Assembly: GCA_963834275.1 (NCBI GenBank)
Contig: CAWIBA010000006.1
Span: forward strand, 19,129 to 83,128
Length of the DNA stretch: 64,000 bases
Reading direction: 5' to 3'
DNA from: an uncultured Actinomycetota bacterium
Lineage (GTDB): Bacteria; Actinomycetota; Actinomycetes; Propionibacteriales; Nocardioidaceae
The notes beneath the pieces are model-generated. The model saw only the letters and a list, made by a program, of their open reading frames with translations. It was not told the DNA's origin and did not search any database. Positions 1 to 11,540 of this stretch are shown one piece after another. The position numbers were made by a program, and so were the translations under genes. Every line of letters begins with the position of its first letter. Positions within the stretch are counted from its first letter, which is position 1.

Positions 1-267
1 CCAGGTCAGCTGGCGCAGGAAGATGTAGTAGCTGTCGTCGTAGATCTTGAACGACCGCACGCTGGAGGCGCTGAGCACCATCATCAGGCCGATGGTGAGC
101 AGCAGCGTGGACGCGCCGAGCAGCAGGTAGTACGACGTGAGCGGGCGGTCGAGCGCCTGCCGCACGGACGCCAGCCACCCGAGGGGCTCGTCCTCGTGCG
201 GGGGCCGGACGGAGGGCCGCGGGCCGGGGTGGAGGCCGCTGCGCGGGTCCCCTGCCGTCGTGGTCAA
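1..267 (-). CDS. ftsW: Cell division protein FtsW, 5' part only (runs off the window start)
   Basis: Manual translation from TTG at 267 (SD GGAGGAG upstream): MTTTAGDP...LDRPLTSYYLLLGASTLLLTIGLMMVLSASSVRSF...YYIFLRQLTW, a SEDS N-terminus. Follows murD in dcw order. Confidence 0.9.
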   Translation of the reverse strand, partial: MTTTAGDPRSGLHPGPRPSVRPPHEDEPLGWLASVRQALDRPLTSYYLLLGASTLLLTIGLMMVLSASSVRSFKIYDDSYYIFLRQLTW

Positions 268-297
268 CGCCCTCTCCTCCCCGGGGCGTCGTCCGGG

Positions 298-1749
298 CTA
301 CCGGTCGCGGAGGCGGCGCACCGACTCGGCGAAGGCATCCCCGCGAGCACCGTAGTTCGCGAACATGTCCATGGATGCGCACCCCGGGGCCAGCAGCACC
401 GTGTCGCCTGGCTGGGCCAGGTCGGCCGCGGCACCGACGACGCGGTCCATGACAGAAGTGTCGCCGCCCTCGACCTCGATCACCCGGACATCGGGCGCGT
501 GTCGCGCCAGGGCCTCGGCGATCACCGCGCGGTCGCGGCCGAGCAGCACCACACCGCGGAGCCGGTCCCGGACGCTGCCGACCAGGTCGTCGAAGGAGGC
601 CCCCTTGGCGAGGCCGCCGGCGACCCAGACGACCGGGTCGTAGGCCTGCAGCGAGGACTTCGCGGCGTGCGGGTTGGTGGCCTTGGAGTCGTCGACCCAC
701 CGGACGTCGCCGACGACGGCCACCTCGGCGATCCGGTGGCCGTCGGGCGTGAACGCCCGCAACCCCTCGCGCACCGCCGTGGTGGGCACGCCGACGGACC
801 GCGCGAGGGCGGCCGCCGCGAGCGCGTTGGCGACGAAGTGCGGCGCGTCCGAGGCGAGGTCTGCGACCGTGCAGAGCTCGGCGGCGGTGGTGTCCCGCTC
901 CTCCACGAACGCCCGGTCGGCCAGCACGTCGTCCACCAGCCCGACCATGCCGACGCCCGGCGTACCGAGGGTGAAGCCGATCGCCCGGGCCCCCTCCTGG
1001 ACGTCGGCGTCGCGCACCAGCCGCTCGGTGACCTGGTCCTCGACGTTGTAGACGCACGCGGTGCGCACGCGCTCGTAGATGCGGCCCTTGTCGGCGGCGT
1101 AGTCGGCCATCCCCTGCGGACCGGGGTACCAGTCGAGGTGGTCCTCGGCGACGTTGAGGACCGCCGCGGACTCGGCGGCCATGGTGTGCGTGTAGTGCAG
1201 CTGGAAGCTGGACAGCTCGGCCGCGTAGACGGCGTAGGGCTCGGGGTCCATCACGGCCTCGACGATGGGCAGGCCGACGTTGCCGCAGGCGACCGAGCGC
1301 ACGCCCGCGGCCTTGAGGATCCCGTCGAGCATCTGCACCGTCGTGGTCTTGCCGTTGGTGCCGGTCAGGCACAGCCACCGGCCGGGATGCTCGGGGTCGC
1401 GCAGCCGCCAGGCCAGCTCGACCTCGCCCCAGACCGGGACGCCGCGGGCGTACGCCGCGGACAGGGCCGGCGCGGTGGGAGGCACACCGGGCGAGGTGAC
1501 GACCAGGTCGACGTCACCCGGCAGCGTCGCGGACGCCCCCGCGCCGATGCGGACCCGCGCCCCGAGCACCTCGAGGAGCTCGGCCTTCTCCTGCTGCTCG
1601 GGGGTGGCGGACTCGGCGAGCACGGTCACCGAGGCGCCCACGTGCAGGAGGTTGTCCGCGGCGGCGAACCCGGAGACGCCGATGCCGATCACGACGGCGC
1701 GCAGCTCCTTCCAGGGGCCGGTGCGGGTCAGCGACTCGACGTCAGGCAC
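298..1749 (-). CDS. murD: UDP-N-acetylmuramoyl-L-alanine--D-glutamate ligase
   Basis: [15 protein letters not shown]-loop, ELSSFQL, DDSKATN and [10 protein letters not shown] motifs; dcw context. Confidence 0.97.
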   Translation of the reverse strand: MPDVESLTRTGPWKELRAVVIGIGVSGFAAADNLLHVGASVTVLAESATPEQQEKAELLEVLGARVRIGAGASATLPGDVDLVVTSPGVPPTAPALSAAYARGVPVWGEVELAWRLRDPEHPGRWLCLTGTNGKTTTVQMLDGILKAAGVRSVACGNVGLPIVEAVMDPEPYAVYAAELSSFQLHYTHTMAAESAAVLNVAEDHLDWYPGPQGMADYAADKGRIYERVRTACVYNVEDQVTERLVRDADVQEGARAIGFTLGTPGVGMVGLVDDVLADRAFVEERDTTAAELCTVADLASDAPHFVANALAAAALARSVGVPTTAVREGLRAFTPDGHRIAEVAVVGDVRWVDDSKATNPHAAKSSLQAYDPVVWVAGGLAKGASFDDLVGSVRDRLRGVVLLGRDRAVIAEALARHAPDVRVIEVEGGDTSVMDRVVGAAADLAQPGDTVLLAPGCASMDMFANYGARGDAFAESVRRLRDR

Positions 1750-2806
1750 CGGAGACCCACTCGGCGTAGAAGATGCCGAGCCCGGCGGCGACCGCGAGCC
1801 CGTTGATGATCCAGAACCGGATCACCACCGTGATCTCGTCCCACCCCTTGAGCTCGAAGTGGTGGTGCAGGGGAGCCATCCGGAAGATCCGCTTGCCCCC
1901 GCTGACCTTGAAGTAGCCGACCTGCGTCATCACCGACAGGGTCTGGATCACGAAGAGGCCGCCCAGGATGGCCAGCAGGAACTCGGTGCGGGTGAGGATG
2001 GCGAGTCCCGCGAGCGCGCCGCCGAGGGCCAGCGAGCCGGTGTCCCCCATGAAGATCTTGGCCGGGGACGCGTTCCACCACAGGAAGCCGAAGCACGCGC
2101 CCGTCAGGGCCGCCGCGATGACCGCGAGGTCGAGCGGGTCGCGCACCTCGTAGCACTTGGGCCCGGGGCTGATCACGCACGACTGGTTGTTCTGCCAGAT
2201 GTTCACCAGCGTGTAGGCCCCGAAGACCATGGTCGAGGCGCCGGTGGCGAGCCCGTCGAGCCCGTCGGTGAGGTTCACCGCGTTGCTGGCCCCCGAGATC
2301 ATCACCAGGAACAGCAGGACGACGAGCGCCGCCGGCAGCGTCCAGCGCTCCATGTCACGGGTGAACGAGATCGCGGTCGATGCCGGCGTCTCCCCCCGGG
2401 CGTCCGGCAGGGTGAGCGCCAGCCAGCCGAAGGTGACCGCGATGATCGTCTGGCCGGCCATCTTGGCCTTGCTGCGCAGGCCGAGGCTGCGCTGCTTGGC
2501 GATCTTGATGTAGTCGTCGAGGAACCCGACGGTGCCAAGCCCCACGAGCAGCCCGAGGAGCAGCACGCCGGACCAGGACGGCACGTCCTGGGTGATCAGC
2601 TTGGCCAGGCCGTAGCCGAACACCACCGAGAGGATGATGACCAGGCCGCCCATCGTGGGCGTGCCTCGCTTGGTGTGGTGCGTGGTGGGTCCGTCGTCCC
2701 GGATGAGCTGGCCGTAGCCCTTGGCGACCAGCACCCGGATCGCGACCCGTGTGCCGAGCAGGGTGAACAGCAGGGACAGGCCCCCGGCGAGCAGGATCGC
2801 CCTCAT
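1742..2806 (-). CDS. mraY: Phospho-N-acetylmuramoyl-pentapeptide transferase
   Basis: True start MRAILLAGG at 2806 (ATGA overlap with the murF stop); [29 protein letters not shown] and APLHHHFE motifs. Confidence 0.97.
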   Translation of the reverse strand: MRAILLAGGLSLLFTLLGTRVAIRVLVAKGYGQLIRDDGPTTHHTKRGTPTMGGLVIILSVVFGYGLAKLITQDVPSWSGVLLLGLLVGLGTVGFLDDYIKIAKQRSLGLRSKAKMAGQTIIAVTFGWLALTLPDARGETPASTAISFTRDMERWTLPAALVVLLFLVMISGASNAVNLTDGLDGLATGASTMVFGAYTLVNIWQNNQSCVISPGPKCYEVRDPLDLAVIAAALTGACFGFLWWNASPAKIFMGDTGSLALGGALAGLAILTRTEFLLAILGGLFVIQTLSVMTQVGYFKVSGGKRIFRMAPLHHHFELKGWDEITVVIRFWIINGLAVAAGLGIFYAEWVSGA

Positions 2807-4228
2807 CGGCCGGCCTCTCCCCTCTCTGGTGTCTCGGTCTCTTGTGTCTCGGTCAGCAGCGCCTCGGCCACCTGCTCGAGCGCGGCGGACCGGGACGCCT
2901 TGAGCAGCACGACGTCGCCGGGGGTCAGGTGCTCCCGCAGCCAGGCGAGAGCCGCGTCGTTGTCGTCGACGTACACGGACTCCCCGCCCCACGAGCCCTC
3001 GAGGCACGCACCCAGGTGGATCGGTCGCGCCGGTTCACCCACCACCACGAGCTGCTGGATGTCCAGGCGCACCGCCAGTCTGCCAAGGGTGTCGTGCTCC
3101 TCGGTCGCCGACGCGCCCAGCTCACGCATCTCCCCGAGCACCGCGACCGTGCGGGCGTCGGGGCGGGCCCGCCCGATCTCGGCCAGCGACTTCAGCGCGG
3201 CCCGCATCGAGTCGGGGTTGGCGTTGTAGGCGTCGTTGAGCACGGTCACGCCGTCGGCCCGCTCGTGCACCTCCATCCGCCAGCGGGAGACGTTGTCGGC
3301 CTCCGAGAGCCAGCTGGCCACGTCGTCGAGGCGCAGTCCCAGGGCCAGGGCGACGGCCGCGGCGGCCGCCGCGTTGCCGGCCTGGTGCTCCCCCAGCCCG
3401 CGCAGCGACACGGACGCGCGCGCATCCGCGGTCACCAGGTCGAACGACGGCCGGGTCATCGTGTCGGTGCGCAGGCCCTCGATGCGTACGTCGGCGGAGG
3501 CGTCCTCACCGAAGGTCAGCACGGCCGCCCGGGTCCGCGCGGCCATCGCCGCCACGCGCGGGTCGTCGGCGTTGAGCACGGCGGTCCCCTCGGGGACGGA
3601 CCGCCTCCACCAGCTCCCCCTTGGCCTGGGCGATGGCCTCCTGGGAGCCGAACTCGCCCAGGTGCGCCTTGCCGACGTTGAGCACCAGCCCGACGTGGGG
3701 CGGCGCGAGCTCGCACAGCTCGCGGATGTGGCCGACCCCGCGGGCCCCCATCTCCAGGACCAGGTAGCGCGTGGACCGGTCGGACCGCAGCGCTGTCAGC
3801 GGCATCCCGAGCTCGTTGTTGAACGACCCGTGCGTGGCCACCGTGCTGCCGGCGCGGGCCAGCACCTGCGCGAGGAGGTCCTTGGTGCTCGTCTTCCCCT
3901 GCGACCCGGTGAGGCCCACGACCCGCAGGTCGGGCAGCGACGCGACCACGTGCCGGGCCAGGGCGGCCAGCGCGGCGCGCCCGTCGTCCACCACCACCGC
4001 CGGCACGCCGACCGGACGCTCGGCGAGCACGGCGGCGGCGCCGGACTCGACGGCGGTCCGGGCGTAGTCGTGCCCGTCGACGCGCTCGCCGGCGAGGGCG
4101 ACGAACAGGCCGCCACGCTCGGCCACGCGGCTGTCCACGAACGCGGGGCCACCGACGCTCACACCGGGGTCGTCGTGGACGGTGCCGCCGACGACCTGCG
4201 CGATCTCGGTCAGGCTCATCTCGATCAT
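2803..4228 (-). CDS. murF: UDP-MurNAc-tripeptide--D-Ala-D-Ala ligase (one frameshift near 3590-3600, probably a sequence error)
   Basis: N-half in ORF 3506..4228 ([26 protein letters not shown]); C-half in ORF 2803..3579 ([24 protein letters not shown]). One extra base in a C/G run joins them. Confidence 0.93.
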
Positions 4229-5781
4229 CGGTCCACTCCTCGGCGCAGCCGCTCGTCCAGGAGCTCGCGCAGCACGTCGCGGTCGTCGAACGGGTGCACG
4301 AGTCCGCGCACCTCCTGCCCCGTCTCGTGGCCCTTGCCCGCGACGACCACGACGTCACCGTCGTCGGCCAGTGACACCGCCAGCCGGACCGCGGCCCGCC
4401 GGTCCCCCACCTCGTGCACCTCGGCGCGCTCGCCCTCGGCGACCTTCTCGGCCCCGGCCACCATGGCGGCCCGGATGGCGGCCGGGTCCTCGGAGCGGGG
4501 GTTGTCGTCGGTCACCACGAGCACGTCCGCGAGGCGGGCGGCGGTCTCGCCCATCAGCGGCCGCTTGCCGGGATCACGGTCGCCGCCGGCTCCGAGGACC
4601 ACGATGAGCCGGCGTGCCTGCGGACGCAGGGCGGTCAGTGCCGCCTCGACGGCGTCCGGCTTGTGCGCGTAGTCGACGACGGCGAGGAAGCCCTGCCCGG
4701 CGTCGATCCGCTCCAGCCGCCCGGGCACACCGGCGGAGGCGGCCATCCCGTCGGCGACCTGCCGGGGGTCGAAGCCGGCCTCGGCCAGGGCGGCGATCGC
4801 GCACAGGGCGTTGGACACGTTGTAGTCGCCGGTCAGGGGGACCCGCGCGCGCAGTGCGTCCCCGGCCGGCGTGTGCACCGTGAACGTGGAGCCGGTGGGC
4901 TCGACCTGGATGTCGGTGGCGCGCCAGTCGGCGTCCCGGCCCTCGGTCGAGAAGGTCCGCGTCGGGATCGCCGCGCGGTCACGCAGCCGCCGGCCGTACT
5001 CGTCGTCGACGTTGACCAGCCCGAGCCGGGCCCGCTGCGGGGTGAAGAGCTCGGCCTTCGCGGCGAAGTAGTCCTCCTCGTCGGCGTGGAAGTCGAGGTG
5101 GTCGCGGCCGAGGTTGGTGAAGCAGGCGACGTCGAAGACGACGCCGTCCACGCGCCCCATCACGAGCGCGTGGCTGGACACCTCCATCGCGCAGGCGGCG
5201 ACCTCCTCCTCGACCATCACCGCGAACAGGGCGTGCAGGTCGGGGGCCTCGGGTGTGGTCAGCGACGTCGCCACGTCGGTGCCGTTCACGCGGGTGCCCA
5301 CGGTGCCGACCACGGCGGCCCTGGTCCCGGCCTCGGTGAGGGCGGACTCGGCGAGGCGGGTGGTCGTGGTCTTGCCCTGGGTGCCCGTGACGGCGACCAG
5401 GGTCAGCCGGTCGGCGGGATGACCGTGCAGGCGGGCCGCGAGGTCGCCGACGACGGCACGCGGGTGCTCGACGACCAGCACCGGCACGGCCACGTCGGCG
5501 CAGAGGTCCACGCCCGCCGGGTCGGTGAGCACGGCGCGGGCACCGGCCGCGACGGCCTGGGCGGCGAAGGCGGCGCCGTGCGTGCGGGCCCCGGCGGGTG
5601 CGACGTAGAGGTCGCCCTCGACCACTCGCTGGGAGGAGATGGTGAGCCCGGTGACGGTCACCTCGGGGTCGCTGCCACGGATCTCGAGCAGCGCGTCGGC
5701 GAGCCACTCCGCGACCGTCCGGAGCCGGGTCTCCCGGGGACGGCGGGGTCGCGTCGGGATCACGCCAGCGGGTCCTGCCAC
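4225..5781 (-). CDS. murE: UDP-MurNAc-dipeptide--diamino acid ligase
   Basis: [40 protein letters not shown] and GKGHE motifs. The GTG start is 7 nt downstream of a TAGCCT -10 (leaderless). Confidence 0.97.
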   Translation of the reverse strand: MAGPAGVIPTRPRRPRETRLRTVAEWLADALLEIRGSDPEVTVTGLTISSQRVVEGDLYVAPAGARTHGAAFAAQAVAAGARAVLTDPAGVDLCADVAVPVLVVEHPRAVVGDLAARLHGHPADRLTLVAVTGTQGKTTTTRLAESALTEAGTRAAVVGTVGTRVNGTDVATSLTTPEAPDLHALFAVMVEEEVAACAMEVSSHALVMGRVDGVVFDVACFTNLGRDHLDFHADEEDYFAAKAELFTPQRARLGLVNVDDEYGRRLRDRAAIPTRTFSTEGRDADWRATDIQVEPTGSTFTVHTPAGDALRARVPLTGDYNVSNALCAIAALAEAGFDPRQVADGMAASAGVPGRLERIDAGQGFLAVVDYAHKPDAVEAALTALRPQARRLIVVLGAGGDRDPGKRPLMGETAARLADVLVVTDDNPRSEDPAAIRAAMVAGAEKVAEGERAEVHEVGDRRAAVRLAVSLADDGDVVVVAGKGHETGQEVRGLVHPFDDRDVLRELLDERLRRGVDR

Positions 5782-5842
5782 AGCCGAGAGGCTACAAGCA
5801 GGGCACCCGCGGCCCGACCGGGGCGGCGACCCGCTGTGTCCG

Positions 5843-7687
5843 TCACCACTCGACGACGGGGCGGGGGGCCGCCGAGCCGGTCGGCGGCACGGCGTACTTC
5901 TGCAGCAGGTGGGTCATGATCTTGCGGAACGCCGGTCCGCCCACCGAGCCGCCCCCGCCGCCGTTGCGGGGGTTCTGCACCACGATGTAGGCCAGGAAGC
6001 GCGGGTCGTCGGCCGGGGCGAAGCCGGCGAACGAGACGGTGAAGGTGCCGTCGTAGCAGCCGCACCTGCGGCCGACGCGTTGCGCGGTGCCGGTCTTGCC
6101 GGCCACCCGGTAGCCGGGGATCGCCGCGCCGGGGGCGGTGCCCTCCTCGAGGTCGGTGACCGCCTCCATCATCAGCGTGGTCTGCCGGGCCGCCTCGTCG
6201 CTGACCACGCGGTGCCGGGTCGCCGTGCCGGAGCCGACCTCGACGCCGGCCGAGGTGCGGACCCGCCCCTTGACCAGGCTCGGCTGCACGTAGACGCCGC
6301 CGTTGGCGACGACGTTGACCGCCGCCGCCATCTGCACGGCACTGACGGCGATCCCCTGGCCGAACGAGATCGTGTCCCGGGTCAGCGTGCCCCACGACTG
6401 CCACGGCGGAAGCACGCCGGCGGACTCGCCGTCGACGCCCAGACCGGTGCGCCCGCCGAGGCCGAAGTCGCGCAGGTACTGGTAGTAGCGCCGCTCGCCC
6501 ATCTCCCGTGCGGCGAGCACCGTGCCGATGTTGGAGGACTTCGCGATCACGCCGGTCATGGTCAGCCGGAGCCGGCCGTGCTGGAAGTAGTCCCTCAGCG
6601 GCGCCTCACCGGGACGCGGCAGGGACGGCGGCACCGTGATCTCGGTGTCGGGCGTGACCTTCCCCGCGTCGATCAGCGAGGCGGCGGTCACCACCTTGTT
6701 GACCGACCCGGGCTCGTAGGCGTCGCGCAGCGCCCGGGCCCCGAGGTCGGGCTCCGGCGCCAGGGTCGGCTGGTTGGCGTCGTACGACGGGTAGTCCGCG
6801 ACCGCGAGCAGCTCGCCGCTGCGGGTGTCCATGACCACGGCCGAGCCGGAGTCGCCGCCGGCGCCCTGCACGGCGGTGCGCAGCACCCGCTGGGTGTACC
6901 ACTGCACGTCGCGGTCGATGGTGAGCGCGACGTCCCGGCCGGCCTGCGGTGCGATCACCTCGTTGTCGCCGAGCGGCAGCCGGTTGCCGTCACCCTGCTC
7001 GTAGGTGGCCGACCCGTCGACGCCGGCGAGCAGCTGGTCGAACATCAGCTCGGCACCCTCGGCGGCGTCGCCCTCGGCGTTCATGAAGCCCACCAGGTTG
7101 GCGGCCACGTCCTTCGCGGGGTAGTCGCGCACCGGGTCGCGGGCGGTGCTGACCCCGGAGAAGCCGCGGGCCTCGATCTCGGCGACCACCTGACGCGCCA
7201 CGGTCGAGGGGACCCGCCGGGCGAGGTACTGGAACCGCGTGTCCGGGCGACGCAGCCGGTCCAGCAGCTCGAAGTAGTCCACGGAGAGCCGGCGGGCGAC
7301 GATCGTCGCGATCTCGCTGGCGTCCCGCTTCGTGAGCGTCGGGTCGGCGACCAGCATCAGCCCGTCGACCGACTCGGCCAGGGGCACGCCGTTGCGGTCG
7401 GTGATCGAGCCGCGGGTGGCCGGCAGCTCGATGCTGACCACGCCGCCCTCGGCCTCCGCCCGCGCGACGTACACCGCCGCGTCGATGCCCTGGAGCTGGA
7501 AGAGCCTGGCCGCGAACACCGAGACGACCATCGCGATCAGGATCAGGCCCACGCGGAGCCTGAGGACGGTGGCCCCACGCAGCGACGGACGGCGGCGCGG
7601 CGGCTGGGGACGACGGCTGCTCGGGCGTGGGCGCGTGCCGCGAGGCTGGTGCCGACCCGGCTCCGGGCGTCGCCTGCCGTCGGTCAA
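5843..7687 (-). CDS. ftsI: Division-specific class B penicillin-binding protein (PBP3)
   Basis: N-terminal TM, RGSITDRNG, EPGSVNK (SxxK), SSN, KTGTAQ. Confidence 0.95.
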   Translation of the reverse strand: MTDGRRRPEPGRHQPRGTRPRPSSRRPQPPRRRPSLRGATVLRLRVGLILIAMVVSVFAARLFQLQGIDAAVYVARAEAEGGVVSIELPATRGSITDRNGVPLAESVDGLMLVADPTLTKRDASEIATIVARRLSVDYFELLDRLRRPDTRFQYLARRVPSTVARQVVAEIEARGFSGVSTARDPVRDYPAKDVAANLVGFMNAEGDAAEGAELMFDQLLAGVDGSATYEQGDGNRLPLGDNEVIAPQAGRDVALTIDRDVQWYTQRVLRTAVQGAGGDSGSAVVMDTRSGELLAVADYPSYDANQPTLAPEPDLGARALRDAYEPGSVNKVVTAASLIDAGKVTPDTEITVPPSLPRPGEAPLRDYFQHGRLRLTMTGVIAKSSNIGTVLAAREMGERRYYQYLRDFGLGGRTGLGVDGESAGVLPPWQSWGTLTRDTISFGQGIAVSAVQMAAAVNVVANGGVYVQPSLVKGRVRTSAGVEVGSGTATRHRVVSDEAARQTTLMMEAVTDLEEGTAPGAAIPGYRVAGKTGTAQRVGRRCGCYDGTFTVSFAGFAPADDPRFLAYIVVQNPRNGGGGGSVGGPAFRKIMTHLLQKYAVPPTGSAAPRPVVEW

Positions 7688-8283
7688 CGATCGCTCCCCT
7701 GCTGGCCCGCGGCCCGACCCTCCCGGTCCCGCTGGTCAGTTGTACCTGCTCGGTCACCCCGGTCCCGTCTCGCCGCGCCGTTCTCGTCGCGAACGGTCTC
7801 GGCGGGCACGACCACCACGTCGGGGCGCAGCGCCTTGGGCTTCGGCGCGGGCAGCGGCGCGACCCGGATGCCGTCCTCGGGCACGGCGGGGGTCGACTCG
7901 CCCAGCACCTTCCCGTCGGACAGGCGCAGGAAGGCCGGGTTGGCCGGCGGAACCATGCCGAGCGCACGGGCCTCGCTGGCCACCCGCTGGGGGTCGCGCA
8001 GGGTCTCGAGCTCCATCTGCAGCGACTGCTCCTCGGCGGCGAGGATCTGTGCCTGCTGCTCGAGCGCGGTCGCCCGGAACGACGCCTGCTGCATCGAGGT
8101 GTTGAACAGCAGCAGCCCGGCGACACCGCCGACGAGCAGGAGGGAGACGAGGGCCACGAACGGCACCCGGGGGGCGCGGCCGACGCGGCGGGGCACGACG
8201 GTCAGCCGAGCCCGCTCGACGGCGGCCTCCGCGATCCGCGGCATCCGGCTGCGCGCGAACTCGTTGGACATCGGCTGGCTCAT
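7684..8283 (-). CDS. ftsL: FtsL-like septum formation protein
   Basis: Single TM plus coiled coil plus ARALGMVP motif; lies between rsmH and ftsI with 4-nt overlaps. Confidence 0.8.
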   Translation of the reverse strand: MSQPMSNEFARSRMPRIAEAAVERARLTVVPRRVGRAPRVPFVALVSLLLVGGVAGLLLFNTSMQQASFRATALEQQAQILAAEEQSLQMELETLRDPQRVASEARALGMVPPANPAFLRLSDGKVLGESTPAVPEDGIRVAPLPAPKPKALRPDVVVVPAETVRDENGAARRDRGDRAGTTDQRDREGRAAGQQGSDR

Positions 8284-9245
8284 GCCGCTCCCCCTCTGGT
8301 CATCGCGACCCGCTCCACGGCCCGCAGCCGCACCGACGCGGCTCGCGGGTTCTGCTCGATCTCCTGCGCGGACGCCTTCTCCGACCCGCGCGTCACCAGC
8401 CGGAAGGCCGGTTCGCTCCCCTCGGGCACGAAGGGCATGTCGGGCGGGACCTCGCTGCGGGTCACCTCCACGAACGCCTGCTTGGTGAGCCGGTCCTCCA
8501 GCGAGTGGTAGGACATGACCACCACCCGGCCGCCGACGCCGACCGCCTCGATGGCCGCCGGGAGGGCCCGCCGCAGCACCGACAGCTCGTCGTTGACCTC
8601 GATCCGCAGGGCCTGGAAGGTCCGCTTCGCCGGGTGCCCGCCGGTGCGTCGCGCCGGAGCCGGGATCACCTCGTAGAGCAGCTCGACCAGGCGCGCGGAC
8701 CGGCTGAACGGCTCGCGCGCCCGCTCCCGCACGACGGCCTCGGCGATCCGGCGCGCGAACTTCTCCTCGCCGTACTGCCGCAGGATGCGGGCGAGCTCCT
8801 CGACCGGGTACTCGTTGAGCACGTCGGCGGCGGTGCGACCGGCGGTGTCGTTCATCCGCATGTCCAGCGGGGCGTCCTCGGCGTAGGCGAACCCGCGCTC
8901 GCGCACGTCGAGCTGCATCGACGAGACGCCCAGGTCGAAGAGCACGCCGTCCACGTGCGGGAGGCCCAGGTCCGCGAGCACCTCGGCGATCTCGTCGTAC
9001 ACGGCGTGCACGAGGGTCACCCGCTCGGCGTGCGGTGCGAGCCGCTCCCGGCTCCGCTCGAGGGCGTGCGTGTCTCGGTCGATGCCGACGACCCGCGCCT
9101 CGGGGAACCGCTCCAGCACGGCCTCGCTGTGACCGCCGAGGCCGAGGGTGGCGTCGACGAGCACCGCGCCCGGCCGGGCGAGTGCGGGCGCGACGAGGGC
9201 GACGACCCGGTCGAGGAGCACCGGGACGTGGGCGGGGGCTGCCAT
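8280..9245 (-). CDS. rsmH: 16S rRNA m4C1402 methyltransferase RsmH (MraW)
   Basis: Start [11 protein letters not shown] at 9245; [32 protein letters not shown] and SYHSLEDR motifs. Confidence 0.97.
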   Translation of the reverse strand: MAAPAHVPVLLDRVVALVAPALARPGAVLVDATLGLGGHSEAVLERFPEARVVGIDRDTHALERSRERLAPHAERVTLVHAVYDEIAEVLADLGLPHVDGVLFDLGVSSMQLDVRERGFAYAEDAPLDMRMNDTAGRTAADVLNEYPVEELARILRQYGEEKFARRIAEAVVRERAREPFSRSARLVELLYEVIPAPARRTGGHPAKRTFQALRIEVNDELSVLRRALPAAIEAVGVGGRVVVMSYHSLEDRLTKQAFVEVTRSEVPPDMPFVPEGSEPAFRLVTRGSEKASAQEIEQNPRAASVRLRAVERVAMTRGGAA

Positions 9246-9247
9246 GC

Positions 9248-9427
9248 TCAGGCGCCCCGCCCCGAGAGGCTGACCAGCAGGAGCATCGCGCCCGCCAGGA
9301 CCGTGGACGCCGTCGCCGAGAAGGCGATCACCACCACGCCGTCGCGGACCTCGTGCCGCACCCGGCGCAGCGGCTTGGGTTGCGGGCGGGGCGGCGTGAG
9401 CCGCTGTGCCAGTGACGTGGTGCTCAT
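9248..9427 (-). CDS. Small (59 aa) single-TM hypothetical protein, below the ORF-track cutoff
   Basis: [67 protein letters not shown] upstream, GC-rich third positions, stop 2 nt before the rsmH ATG. Confidence 0.7.
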   Translation of the reverse strand: MSTTSLAQRLTPPRPQPKPLRRVRHEVRDGVVVIAFSATASTVLAGAMLLLVSLSGRGA

Positions 9428-9509
9428 GGGCTCGACCCCTCGGGTTGGCCCCGTGGGGCCGGTGGATGTGCTGGTGGCGCGGGGGTCTCACCGGGTCCGC
9501 GGGTTCGCG

Positions 9510-9625
9510 GGTTCGCCGGGCCAGGTCCGGCGTCCGCCCGTCCCGGAGGGAAGTTGCCTTCTGGCACCGGGGAAGGTGTGCCAGACGGCTCCGGAGGGGC
9601 GGACGCAAGACCTCGCCCGGCGACC
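9510..9625 (-). ncRNA. mraW RNA motif (actinobacterial cis-regulatory hairpin)
   Basis: Long nested hairpin (GCCGGG/CCCGGC, GCGTCCGCCC/GGGCGGACGC, CCGGAG/CTCCGG, CTGGCAC/GTGCCAG) with terminal loop CCUUCCCC on the minus strand, between mraZ and rsmH as described for the motif. Confidence 0.8.
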
Positions 9626-9678
9626 TGTTCGGTGAGCCCCGCTGTTGAGTTGTCGTGCTGCCGGTGTCGGGCGGTCCG

Positions 9679-10113
9679 TCAGAGACCCGGGAAGAGGTCC
9701 TCGGACAGGTCCGCGAAGGCCTGTTCCTGCTCGTCGGAGTAGCTCTGCCACGAGGCGGCGTCCCAGATCTCGACCCGGTTCATCGCCCCGATCACGATGC
9801 AGTCCTTCGACAGCGACGCGTAGTCCCGCAGCATCGGCGGGATGGTCACGCGGCCCTGCTTGTCCGGCGTCTCGTCGGAGGCGCCGGCGAAGAACATGCG
9901 GACGTAGTCCCGTGCGGCCCGGTTGGTGACCGGCACCTCGCGCAACCGCTCGGTGAGCTTGCCGAACTCCTCCATGGACCACACGTAGAGACAGCGCTCC
10001 TGCCCTCGAGTGACCACGAGACCCTCCGCAAGCTCGTCCCGGAACTTCGCCGGGAGGAACAGTCGCCCCTTGTCGTCGAGCCGAGGTGTGTAGGTGCCGA
10101 AGAACACTGGCAC
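9679..10113 (-). CDS. mraZ: Division/cell-wall cluster transcriptional repressor MraZ
   Basis: [31 protein letters not shown] and RVEIWD motifs. The start may be the GTG at 10107. Confidence 0.97.
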   Translation of the reverse strand: MPVFFGTYTPRLDDKGRLFLPAKFRDELAEGLVVTRGQERCLYVWSMEEFGKLTERLREVPVTNRAARDYVRMFFAGASDETPDKQGRVTIPPMLRDYASLSKDCIVIGAMNRVEIWDAASWQSYSDEQEQAFADLSEDLFPGL

Positions 10114-10150
10114 CTCCCCATCCGGACCGATGCGAAGAAGGCTCCCTCTC

Positions 10151-10196
10151 CTCCACTGCGCCCCACTCTACTCCACTTCGCTCCACCGTCAACCAT
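10151..10196 (-). promoter_or_regulatory. MraZ-binding direct repeats upstream of mraZ
   Basis: CTCCAC/CCCCAC/CTCCAC/CTCCAC/AACCAT at exact 10-bp period, i.e. GTGG(A/G)G repeats on the minus strand. Confidence 0.8.
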
Positions 10197-10284
10197 TTCG
10201 ACTGTTTCCACGCCGTGTTTCGGCGTCCCTGCCCGCGCCGTCGAGGAGCGGTGCACCGGCCGCTCCCGCGGCACCGACGCGCCG

Positions 10285-10333
10285 GTGGGGCGAAGTGGAG
10301 CGGCCGTGGTGCGGCTCGTGGTGCGGAGTGGAG
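10285..10333 (+). promoter_or_regulatory. Second, oppositely oriented MraZ-box-like array facing moxR
   Basis: GTGGGG-cgaa-GTGGAG-cggcc-GTGGTG-cggctc-GTGGTG-cgga-GTGGAG. Confidence 0.5.
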
Positions 10334-10449
10334 GACTCCTCCCGGCGGCGTCACCGTTTCCTTCGTTGGCCGGGGTCGGCACACTGGAGGTGCGTCGGTC
10401 GCGGTCGGCAGCGGTGGCACGGTGACAGTGCCTCGGTGCATGGGGTTGG

Positions 10450-11523
<1,074 letters not shown>

Positions 11524-11540
11524 GAGCCGGGCCGACGACC

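Noticed and set aside
3506-3610. Programmed frameshift or split murF
   Set aside because: No slippery heptamer or stimulatory structure; same pattern as the many other indels in the window.
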